A stretch of 20,000 nt of DNA from an uncultured virus (IMG/VR IMGVR_UViG_3300043419_001095) (lineage: Duplodnaviria; Heunggongvirae; Uroviricota; Caudoviricetes). Below, piece by piece: positions 1 through 8,022 of the stretch. Positions within the stretch are counted from its first letter, which is position 1; each line of letters opens with the position of its first letter. Location of the stretch: IMG/VR virus record IMGVR_UViG_3300043419_001095. The stretch is one strand, 5' to 3'. Made by a program: the position numbers and the translations under genes. The notes beneath the pieces are model-generated. The model searched no databases and was not told the origin of the DNA. It was given only the letters and a program-made list of their open reading frames with translations.

Positions 1-273
1 TTGCGTTTTTTCGTTGGTAACCCCAGCACCGGCGGCTACGGCCTGACCCTGACAGCGGCCCACACCATGGTCTACTACAGCAACAGTTTTGACCTGGAAA
101 AGCGCCTGCAGTCTGAGGACCGTGCACACCGCATTGGTCAGACCAAGAACGTCACCTACATTGACCTGATGGCCGTGGGCACCGTGGACGAGAAGATCGT
201 CAAGGCGCTGCGCTCAAAGATCGACATCGCAACCCAAGTACTGGGAGAGGAAATCAAAGCATGGCTCATCTGA
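1..273 (+). CDS. SNF2/SWI2-type SF2 DNA helicase, C-terminal fragment (5' truncated by window)
   Basis: Helicase_C motifs V and VI: GGYGLTLTAA and QSEDRAHRIGQ, followed by GTVDEKIVKAL. The frame is open from base 1, so the true start lies upstream. Confidence 0.93.
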   Translation: MRFFVGNPSTGGYGLTLTAAHTMVYYSNSFDLEKRLQSEDRAHRIGQTKNVTYIDLMAVGTVDEKIVKALRSKIDIATQVLGEEIKAWLI

Positions 274-965
274 TCCCCTGGTCCACCCGCTTCGTGTACA
301 AAAAACTCGAAAGAATTGATACGTCGGCTGGACGTGTTTACGTTTTGCCAAATAACGAACATGTCCCGTCGGTGACAACCATCCTGGACCGCACCAAGGA
401 CAAGGCCGCGCTCAAGGAGTGGGCCGATCGGGTTGGCCAAGCCGATGCCGATCGCCAAAAAGCGGAGGCCTCATGGGTGGGTACGCATATGCACCTGGCA
501 CTTGAGCACATCCTGAGCGGTGAGCCGTGGGCCGTGAGCCCTGACTGGCTGGCCATGAGGGGCTACGAGATGGCCTTTCGCCTGGCCAACAAGTACTTTG
601 GCGCGATCTCCGAGATTCACGGCTCGGAAGTGTCACTGCACTACGGCTACCAGTACGCTGGTTCTACCGACCTGGTGGCCACGTACCGTGGCAAGCTGGC
701 CATTGTGGACTTCAAACAGTCGGTCAAGCCCAAGCGCCACGAGTACATCACCGACTACTTTCATCAGCTCGCAGCGTATGCCACGGCGCACGACTGGATG
801 TACGGCACCGACATTGACTTCGGTGCGGTGCTGATTGCAGTGCAGGACGGCACAACGCAGGAGTTCACCACCACGGGTCGAGAGTGGCGAAACTTCAAGA
901 CCCAGTGGATGGCGAGACTTACCTTGGCGCAGCAGGCGGCTGTTGCTGCGCTGCCATCCCGCTGA
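261..965 (+). CDS. PD-(D/E)XK exonuclease (phage RecB-like / MGME1-like family)
   Basis: Motifs PSVTTIL, GTHMH, E-x-SL, YAGSTDLV, IVDFKQS and QLAAYA. Upstream GGAGAGG SD; the start overlaps the helicase end by 13 nt. Confidence 0.92.
   Translation: MAHLIPWSTRFVYKKLERIDTSAGRVYVLPNNEHVPSVTTILDRTKDKAALKEWADRVGQADADRQKAEASWVGTHMHLALEHILSGEPWAVSPDWLAMRGYEMAFRLANKYFGAISEIHGSEVSLHYGYQYAGSTDLVATYRGKLAIVDFKQSVKPKRHEYITDYFHQLAAYATAHDWMYGTDIDFGAVLIAVQDGTTQEFTTTGREWRNFKTQWMARLTLAQQAAVAALPSR
907..959. other. Nested inverted repeat / RNA hairpin at the convergent gene overlap
   Basis: GGATGGC (907-913) pairs with GCCATCC (953-959); GCGCAGCA (927-934) pairs with TGCTGCGC (944-951). No U-tract on either side. 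Confidence 0.45.
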
Positions 966-3900
966 TGGTGTCAAACGGGAACAGCGACTGCATCATGGAG
1001 CGAGCGCTGGAGTTGGCAGGAGCGTTTGATGCACCAGGCTGGCTGGGAGCGCTTGGCGTGGGGTTGAGTCCAGGTACGCCACGAGTGCTGGGCGCAGGAG
1101 GACTTTGGCGCTGCTGGCGCTGACGCTCCTCTGTCTGGCGCAACGACTCGTTAAATTGACGCAGCTCCGAGGCCGCGCGACCCTGTGGGGTCAGTGGCGA
1201 TCGGTTGTTTGCAGCAGGCGTGGGCTCAGGCTCTTCGTAGGTGGCGTAGTTCAGCCCTGCGTTCAGCATGTAGCCGTGCAGCTGCCGTGCGATCTGCAGC
1301 TTCTCGCGCTCTGTTCGACCCTTCTTGAGCAACAGTGCCATGAAGTCCGGGTCCTGGGCTGCCCGCTCCATGACGGCCACGGTGCTCAGGCCAGGCATCT
1401 TGTCGAAGATAGAGCGCACAGCCTTGGAACCTGCCGAAGCAGCAATCAGTACACCAGGCCCGCCAGGCGCTGCTGCAGTACCGATACGTGCACCAATGAC
1501 TCGCTGCACCAGCTCTTCCACCGCATCGCTGCCTGGCACGATCTCATCGAGCGTGCGGCCGCTGGCCATGGCTTTTTCAATGCGGATCATCGGATCAGTC
1601 AGGCGCTTGAGGCCTTTCATCTCGCTCAATGTCATGATGCCATTGGCGCGCATGATGTTGGCAACCGAGGGCAGGTTTGGGCCCAGGGGCTTGAAGAAAG
1701 CGTCTTCAAAAGCCTGTGGGCTGAAACTGCCATTGGGGCTTGTGGCCTTGGTGTATGCGTAATCGTACAGCGACGACTTCAGGCCTCGAACTGCGGCGGT
1801 GCTGTTCTCTGCTTCCGTAGCCATCTTGACCAGGTTCTGCATGTCGCGAACAGGCGTGTTGCCGCTCAGGATAGTGCCCAGCGCAGTGCTGGGGCGCTCT
1901 CCGCCTGCCTTGAGGACATTGCCAAAAGCGTACTGGTCAGCGGCCCGCTTCATGAGCGCGCTGTTCTCGTTCTGAACCATGCGGAAAGCGTTCTCTGCTT
2001 TCACCACATCGGTCAGGTCCGCTGTCATTCCCAGCTTGTCCAGCATGGGCTTGTTTTCTTTGACGAAGTCGTTCAGCTTCTTGGTGTTGACGCGCGTGAC
2101 CTCGCGGCCAGTGGCCGGATCGAATCGCGTGTCGATGGCAGCCGACGCGCCCATGCGCAGGACGCGCTGCTGGGCATCGGCCAACGATGCAGCTCCTGCG
2201 CGCGAAACGTCAGCGGCAGGCTTAAGCGCAATGGCCTGGGGGCTGTCTGCACCGAAGGCACGCACTGCGTCGTCGTAGCGCTTGGACATGAACTTCACCG
2301 CGCCTTCGATCTCGTTCATACGCATGGCAGTCACGTCGGCGTTGGAGCCGAAGGCACGCGTCACCAAAATCTCTGCTGGCAAGCGCTCTGCTCCGCTTCC
2401 TGCCACGTCCCCGGTTTCGGAGGCGGTCTTGGCAAAGGTGCGGGTGAAGACGTCGTTCAAGGACTTGGAGAACTGACGCGCCTCTTCAAACTCAGGGTTC
2501 TTGAGTGAGTTGAGGTCCTGCAGCATGCCCTCGGCCATCGTGCCGTAGAAGTTTGCGTTGTTGACGTCGCCCTTCCCGGCGGCTTCGCGGGACATCTTGA
2601 GCAGCGTAGAGCGGTAGTTCACCAGCTCGTCAACACTTATGGGCTTGGTCTTTGGCAGGAAGCTCTGAGGAACCTGCCCTGTTTCCAAATATTGTTGCGT
2701 CCGTCGACCGGCGCGAAACCGCTTCACGGAATCCTGGTTGACCCCCATGGCGTCCATGATGTCACGAACAGGTTTCGGGATGGCGGTGTCGTACAGGGCT
2801 TGGCCTACATTGGCTGCACGCTCGGCAAAGCTGTTGGCGGTATTGGTAGGGTCTATCGAAGGCGCGACATATTCCTGCCGGGGAATGTACCGAACAATGT
2901 CTTTCCCTGTCCGAGGGTCCTGTCCTATCACGACCCTTTCTTTCGTCGTCTTAAGGCTAGGCTTGGTCAAGGAGTCCAAAGCGCCCTTCCAAAGACTGCT
3001 CTCGTAGTCGCGCGCATCGCGCAGCGCGAGCTCGGTCTGCTCCTTGATCGTGGCTCCAATGGCCTTTCTTGCCTCGGGGGTGTCCTTCGTGAGCTTGGAA
3101 ACCTTCAGCGCCGCGATCCTGTCAGCGTCTTGCAGACGTCCGTCAAGCATGGAGGTAAAGCGCGCCTCCTGCAGCTGCGCGGCCAGGAACAAGGCGTCTT
3201 GAGTGCCGATGCTCTTGAGCCTGTCTGTCAGCAGTTGGTAAGCCTGGGCAGCCTGTCGTCCTTGCTCCCGAGCTTCGCCCAAGAACTTCTTGTTGGTCTG
3301 GCCCAACGCTGACTCCAGTGCCGTAAGGCCCAGGCTGTCAGTCTTTTGTGCAGAAGTGGGCGTAATGCGCTTTGCGCCGGGCGCGGACAGCTGGTCAATC
3401 GGCATGTCGGCTTCGAGGCGACGAATCAGAGTCGGGATGTCCTCGCCAAACTCTTCCAGGATCGTGTACAGGCGGTTCGCGGCCCGCGCTTCGCGCGAAC
3501 CTGCATTGAAGTTGGTCGCGATTTTCGACAGACCGTCCATCACGGTCCCTGTCTGGTTGATCAGGAAGCGGCCTGGGAACAAGACACCGCCAACAACCTC
3601 TCCGGCAAGGCGCGTGCCGGGTGCTCCGGGGTCCTCGCTCTCCGCTATTCCGGCCCCGAGACTTGCACCAAGGGCACCCATGACCTCACTGGTCTTGAAC
3701 GTCTTGGGATTGCGCACAGCTGCGTCACGAATGCCCGTAACAAACCTGCTGACGCGGTTGCCGGTCATCGTGGGCAGATAAGGGACGGCTGCCATGAACG
3801 GCAGGCTGCCGCCGAACGTCTTGCCTGCCTCCCGATAGACCTTTGCCGTAGGGTCAGCAGGCTCTGGAAAGAACCCTTTGTAAGCATCCTCAGCGCTTTG

Positions 3901-4185
3901 CCCAGCATAGAAGCCGCCAATGCCGCCCGCTACCATGCCGCCAACGGCCCCGATTGGACCAAGAGGAAGACCCAGCTTGAGGCCGCCCACTGCTCCGGCC
4001 ACGGCCGGACCACTGCTAAGAAGCCCCTGCCCTGCGCCCTGAGCGTACTCGCTCAGACGATCCATCGTGCTTGGGGTAGCTTCTACAAGGCCTTCTGGCA
4101 CGTCACTTGTAGTTCCCCCAAACATCCTCGCGCGAGGACGTGTTACTTCCTCCAGGCCCGCAGGGATCGAATCTTCTTTGGACAT
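919..4185 (-). CDS. Large internal virion / DNA ejection protein (P22 gp16 / T7 gp16 positional analogue)
   Basis: 1088 aa, Ala/Gly-rich and predicted helical, with an N-terminal glycine-zipper hydrophobic segment (GPAVAGAVGG...GGMVAGGIGG). Last gene of the late operon; strong SD (TAAGGAG). No enzymatic motif recognised. Confidence 0.75.
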   Translation of the reverse strand: MSKEDSIPAGLEEVTRPRARMFGGTTSDVPEGLVEATPSTMDRLSEYAQGAGQGLLSSGPAVAGAVGGLKLGLPLGPIGAVGGMVAGGIGGFYAGQSAEDAYKGFFPEPADPTAKVYREAGKTFGGSLPFMAAVPYLPTMTGNRVSRFVTGIRDAAVRNPKTFKTSEVMGALGASLGAGIAESEDPGAPGTRLAGEVVGGVLFPGRFLINQTGTVMDGLSKIATNFNAGSREARAANRLYTILEEFGEDIPTLIRRLEADMPIDQLSAPGAKRITPTSAQKTDSLGLTALESALGQTNKKFLGEAREQGRQAAQAYQLLTDRLKSIGTQDALFLAAQLQEARFTSMLDGRLQDADRIAALKVSKLTKDTPEARKAIGATIKEQTELALRDARDYESSLWKGALDSLTKPSLKTTKERVVIGQDPRTGKDIVRYIPRQEYVAPSIDPTNTANSFAERAANVGQALYDTAIPKPVRDIMDAMGVNQDSVKRFRAGRRTQQYLETGQVPQSFLPKTKPISVDELVNYRSTLLKMSREAAGKGDVNNANFYGTMAEGMLQDLNSLKNPEFEEARQFSKSLNDVFTRTFAKTASETGDVAGSGAERLPAEILVTRAFGSNADVTAMRMNEIEGAVKFMSKRYDDAVRAFGADSPQAIALKPAADVSRAGAASLADAQQRVLRMGASAAIDTRFDPATGREVTRVNTKKLNDFVKENKPMLDKLGMTADLTDVVKAENAFRMVQNENSALMKRAADQYAFGNVLKAGGERPSTALGTILSGNTPVRDMQNLVKMATEAENSTAAVRGLKSSLYDYAYTKATSPNGSFSPQAFEDAFFKPLGPNLPSVANIMRANGIMTLSEMKGLKRLTDPMIRIEKAMASGRTLDEIVPGSDAVEELVQRVIGARIGTAAAPGGPGVLIAASAGSKAVRSIFDKMPGLSTVAVMERAAQDPDFMALLLKKGRTEREKLQIARQLHGYMLNAGLNYATYEEPEPTPAANNRSPLTPQGRAASELRQFNESLRQTEERQRQQRQSPPAPSTRGVPGLNPTPSAPSQPGASNAPANSSARSMMQSLFPFDTISGMAAQQQPPAAPR

Positions 4186-4194
4186 GCAAGCTCC

Positions 4195-6219
4195 TTAATA
4201 ATTATTTCCGCCCCTTGGTCTGTCAGCAACTCGGTAGAGCCGAGTGCCTTGCCACAGGACTTCCGTGCCAGGGGGATAGTTCTTGATCTCGTCCTGAGTC
4301 ATCACAACCGGAGGAAGACCCAAGTTATTGTATTGCTGCTGAAGGGCCGAGGCACGTTGCCGTGCCAGGCCCTTGGCAGCAGGAGTCAGCCCTGAGGTCT
4401 CCTTGCCCTGCTCCTGGTACTCTTCGATCATGCTGCGCAAAGTGCCGCCCAGCGCAATGAGTTTTGTACCGTATGCATCAGGGTCCAGAGTGGCGTTGGG
4501 GATGATGCCAATCACAGGGCGCAGACGCTCCTGCTCTCGAACACTGCCTTGAGTGCTCTTGAGCAAGGAATCAACAATGCGCTCAGCCTGCTGAGAGGCT
4601 GCTTGACGTGCCAAGGTGATTTCCTGGAAGGGGTCGCCCAGTCCTGGAATGCCAGAGATAAAGTTCTTTGCAGCACTCACCGGTCCAGAAATCTTGTAGC
4701 GGTCTTCCCACAAGGAAATTTGAGGAGCACCTTCCTCTGGCACAGGAGCGGCCCCCGCAGGGCGATTCACTCTTGGCGGCGGAGGCATCTGGCCACCCTG
4801 ATCGACCATGTCGACTTGGCCGGCAGGAGCGCCCGGACCCACTTGGCCGGGAGCCGCACTCGACCTTGTCGGACCACCGGAGCTTACGATGCTGGGCAGC
4901 TCTTTGCGTATTTCTCTGTACCCGCTGATCATGTTTGTCACGGGGTCCATGATTGGCACTAGGGTAGGCTGGGTCCACTTGTCCTTTGCCAATGACAGGA
5001 TTCTCGCCTCTTCCGGCGTGGCAGTGCCGTCTTCGACTTTTGGACCTATGGTCGCAAACGCATTCATGATGCGTCCGTCCAAGCTGTTGCCAAACGGGTT
5101 GGGAGTCTGGCTTCCAGTCTTCTTGGCCTCAATCCTCGCCTGAGCACGCAGCACTTCGTTGAGCAAAGTACCCTTGCGCTTTTCCAGCTCAGCATTTCTA
5201 GCGGCGACTTTGTCAATGTCCTTCTCGCCCTGCTGCAGCGCCAGCGTCTTGATCTGGCGGTCGATCTGGGTGATCTGGTCAAGCTGTCGGCCCATGGCGG
5301 CGGGCAGTGTTCGTGTGGCCCCCGCCAAACGGGACATAAAGCTGCCGGTCAATGGACGGCCTGTCTCGTCTGTGTTTGCAGCAAAGCCAAAGGCCCGTTG
5401 TCCGAGGTCAAACAACATCTGCGCCTGCATGGCGTTCCTGTCCGGGCCCAACAGGCGGTTAAGCGTAGGCAGACGAGCCGCAACTGCCTCGTCCAAGGTC
5501 GGAGCCTTCGTTGGCTGCTCGTTAAACAAGCCCATGGCCTGTTGGCGTGCAGCATCCACCATCTCCCGTGGGAACAGCATGGACGCTTCAGAAGGCGCTT
5601 GTTGAGCGACGGGGGTCACGCCTTCTTCATCTGACCCTTCGCTGAAATTTTGGACAAGCCCGCCTTTGGCCATTGCAACTGGCGGCTGGTCAGAGGCAGG
5701 TGCGCCGCCACCCATGCCTGCCATCAGCTCGGCGATACCGCCTTGCTGTGGAGGTGGAGGCATGCCAGCGTCAGGAGGAAGTGGGGGCATGCCAGGAGGC
5801 GGCGTGCCCATGTCAGCGGGCACTGGAGGCATACCAGGTGGAGGCATGCCAGGAGCGCCACCCATCATCGGGGCCTGTGGTCCTTGAGCCATGGGCTGTG
5901 ACTGAGGCAACGCGGCGATACCGCCTTGCTGCGCCAAGATAGGCTGCAGCATCGCGAGCACGGTTTCAGGGGTCTCAGTAGCGGCTTGGTAACCAACAAG
6001 ATCGGCCAACTCGTCACGGCGCGCGTCAATTGATCGCATGTCGCCGCGCAAGTTGTTCATCAAGATTTCAGGGGTGTTAGGGCGACGCTCCAGCATTGCC
6101 TCGGGGCTGTCGCCCTCGTCATCGCCCTCTTCGTCGTCGTCCTCGGACATAGAGTCCATAAAGCCCTGCATGATGCCGACGTTTTCGACGTCGTCGTCTT
6201 TCATCATTTTCTTGTTCAT
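4195..6219 (-). CDS. Internal virion / ejection protein (gp20/gp15 positional analogue)
   Basis: 674 aa. Acidic N-terminus, a MNNLRGD...RRDELADLVG...TPETVL block, Pro/Met-rich linker, MAKGG motif, coiled-coil middle and a small C-terminal module (QDEIKNYPPGTEVLWQG). SD TAAGGA. Confidence 0.72.
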   Translation of the reverse strand: MNKKMMKDDDVENVGIMQGFMDSMSEDDDEEGDDEGDSPEAMLERRPNTPEILMNNLRGDMRSIDARRDELADLVGYQAATETPETVLAMLQPILAQQGGIAALPQSQPMAQGPQAPMMGGAPGMPPPGMPPVPADMGTPPPGMPPLPPDAGMPPPPQQGGIAELMAGMGGGAPASDQPPVAMAKGGLVQNFSEGSDEEGVTPVAQQAPSEASMLFPREMVDAARQQAMGLFNEQPTKAPTLDEAVAARLPTLNRLLGPDRNAMQAQMLFDLGQRAFGFAANTDETGRPLTGSFMSRLAGATRTLPAAMGRQLDQITQIDRQIKTLALQQGEKDIDKVAARNAELEKRKGTLLNEVLRAQARIEAKKTGSQTPNPFGNSLDGRIMNAFATIGPKVEDGTATPEEARILSLAKDKWTQPTLVPIMDPVTNMISGYREIRKELPSIVSSGGPTRSSAAPGQVGPGAPAGQVDMVDQGGQMPPPPRVNRPAGAAPVPEEGAPQISLWEDRYKISGPVSAAKNFISGIPGLGDPFQEITLARQAASQQAERIVDSLLKSTQGSVREQERLRPVIGIIPNATLDPDAYGTKLIALGGTLRSMIEEYQEQGKETSGLTPAAKGLARQRASALQQQYNNLGLPPVVMTQDEIKNYPPGTEVLWQGTRLYRVADRPRGGNNY
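5752..5856 (-). repeat. Degenerate GMPPP-type peptide repeats (coding, low complexity)
   Basis: Protein reads GMPPPGMPPVPADMGTPPPGMPPLPPDAGMPPPP; GGCAT(G/A)CCAG recurs on the + strand. Confidence 0.7.
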
Positions 6220-6228
6220 GTCGATTCC

Positions 6229-8022
6229 TTAAAAAAGACCAGCACGTTTGGCACCTGCTACCGTAGACAGCGCCCCCAAGCCAATGCCCACTGCCTGCTG
6301 GAATGGGCTGGCGGTAGGTGTGCTCACGACGCTGGTTTGCATCTGCGAGGACGGTGCTCCCCTGTAAATATCCGACAAGAAGCCTGCTTGCTGGTAAGGC
6401 GCGTAGACCTGTTGCATTTGCGTGGCCCGTTGGGCGTCGATCGCCTGCTGGTTGAGTGCTTGGCGGGCCTGGCCTGTGTTGAACAGGAAGTTGATGTCGC
6501 CTTGCTGCATGCCTTGCGCGGTCTGGCCAAGAGCTGCCTGCTGCACACCGAGCTGACCAAGTTGGCCGGCCATCGCGCCAAGGCCCTGGGCCTGCTGTTG
6601 GCCAATGCCAAACTGCTGGCCAGCCAAGCTGCCGATGCCCTGACCAAGCTGCTGGAACTGCTGGCCCTGTTGGCCAAAGATGCCAGCGGCCGTCTGGGCT
6701 GCCTGGTTGCGCGCCTGGGCCTGCTGCATTAACAGGTTGGCGATGTTTTGATTGATGGCGGATTCTTGCCCTGCCAGTGCGCCGCCCTGAGAAGCCAGAT
6801 TGCCGTACTGCTGGCCAGCCTGCAAGAACTGACCGGCAGCGCCCTGACCCAACTGGGCCTGCTGCACGCCGAGGTTGCCCAACTGGCTTCCGGCTTGTAC
6901 GCCCAACTGAGCCTGCTGCGCGCCCAACTGGCCGATGCCTTGGCCAGCCTGCATCTGACGCTGCTGTTGCTGCTCGAACGCGTTCATGGCCTGGCCCTGC
7001 GCTTGGGTGTAGCCCTGCGACAAGAGGTTGGCGATGGTGGACGCACGCTGATCCATCAGGTTGCGTTCCATCTCAGCACGCTGCACGCCTTCGCGCTCGC
7101 CGCCAAATGCGCCCGATCGGACAGCCTGAGCTGCCAGGCCTTGTCCAGCGATTGCGCCCTGACGGTTGATCTGGCGCATCGCCTCGTCAATGACCTGCTG
7201 GCGGTAGGGGTCCATGAAGGCTTGAGCGGAGCGTGGGTCGTAGCCCTGCGCTGCACCGCCGAGTGCGCCGATGCCCATGCCCAACGTCTGCTGGCCCTGC
7301 TGCAGGCCCATGCCAATGGTGGACGTGGCAGGCAACAGGTTGGCTTGGCTGGCCCCTGCTGCAAGGTTTTGGGCCGTGGACAACGCGCCAAGGCCCGATT
7401 GCAGGTCTTGACGAGCAGCGCCAAACTGGCCAGTGGTGTCAGACATCGCGGCACGCCTTGCAGCGCTGTCCAAGTAGCTCAGGCCTTCACCGATCTGGCC
7501 AATGCCTGCAGTGGTGTTGGCAGCGGCCTGCGCAGCCTGGCGCATGGCAGCTTGTGCATCAAAGAACTGATTGCGGGTGTCTGCGCCGCGCAGCACGTCT
7601 GCTGCTTCGCCTGTCGTGCCGTAAGCGGCCTGCAAGGCAGCGTTGGCGCTTTCCAGGTAGGGGTTGAATGCCCCGATGCCCTGGCGAGAAGCGGCGTCCA
7701 ATGCAGCTTGTTGCGCTGGCGTAAAAGCCGCCACGTTGAAGGCAGGCAGCTGGGAAGCAAGGCTGGGGCGATTAGGAGAAGCGCGGCCTTCTGCCGCACC
7801 AAACTCCTGGAAGTGCTTTGCAGCAAACTGCTCAGCCGTCAAGCCGCCGGGGTTTGCCCTGAATGCGGCAGCGACATCCGGGTTTTGCTGGAAATACCGG
7901 GCAGCGCCTTCTCTGTCCGGGCCACCAAAAGCCAGGTTCTCCGCCTGCTCCATCAGGCGGAGTTTTGCCTTCTCGACTTCTGGGCTTTCTTGGACTATCT
8001 GTGTTTGTGTTGTGGTTGCCAT
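6229..8022 (-). CDS. Gln/Ala/Gly-rich DNA pilot / ejection protein
   Basis: 597 aa. N-terminus MATTTQTQIVQESP, a MDPYRQQVID...SGAFGG block, Q/G/A helical repeats and a C-terminal hydrophobic tail (SPFQQAVGIGLGAL). These features are typical of podophage DNA-transfer proteins. Confidence 0.75.
   Translation of the reverse strand: MATTTQTQIVQESPEVEKAKLRLMEQAENLAFGGPDREGAARYFQQNPDVAAAFRANPGGLTAEQFAAKHFQEFGAAEGRASPNRPSLASQLPAFNVAAFTPAQQAALDAASRQGIGAFNPYLESANAALQAAYGTTGEAADVLRGADTRNQFFDAQAAMRQAAQAAANTTAGIGQIGEGLSYLDSAARRAAMSDTTGQFGAARQDLQSGLGALSTAQNLAAGASQANLLPATSTIGMGLQQGQQTLGMGIGALGGAAQGYDPRSAQAFMDPYRQQVIDEAMRQINRQGAIAGQGLAAQAVRSGAFGGEREGVQRAEMERNLMDQRASTIANLLSQGYTQAQGQAMNAFEQQQQRQMQAGQGIGQLGAQQAQLGVQAGSQLGNLGVQQAQLGQGAAGQFLQAGQQYGNLASQGGALAGQESAINQNIANLLMQQAQARNQAAQTAAGIFGQQGQQFQQLGQGIGSLAGQQFGIGQQQAQGLGAMAGQLGQLGVQQAALGQTAQGMQQGDINFLFNTGQARQALNQQAIDAQRATQMQQVYAPYQQAGFLSDIYRGAPSSQMQTSVVSTPTASPFQQAVGIGLGALSTVAGAKRAGLF

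Noticed and set aside
261..965. Cas4 / CRISPR association
   Set aside because: It lacks the Fe-S cysteines, and no repeat-spacer array is visible in the window.
1105..2508. 467-aa + strand ORF (also 3346-4395, 6748-8442, 8860-9819)
   Set aside because: These are antisense shadows of real GC-rich - strand genes, with no SD or recognisable motifs and implausible composition.
2085..2930. Recurrent DPxTG turns (DPRTG, DPATG; also DPVTN and NPVTG elsewhere)
   Set aside because: This is a very common beta-hairpin turn motif, with no evidence of a specific shared function.
919..4185. Virion RNA polymerase or lytic transglycosylase domain in the large ejection protein
   Set aside because: I could not see DxDGD, T7-type polymerase or ES...GLMQ motifs. 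A structure search would be needed to exclude a divergent enzyme.
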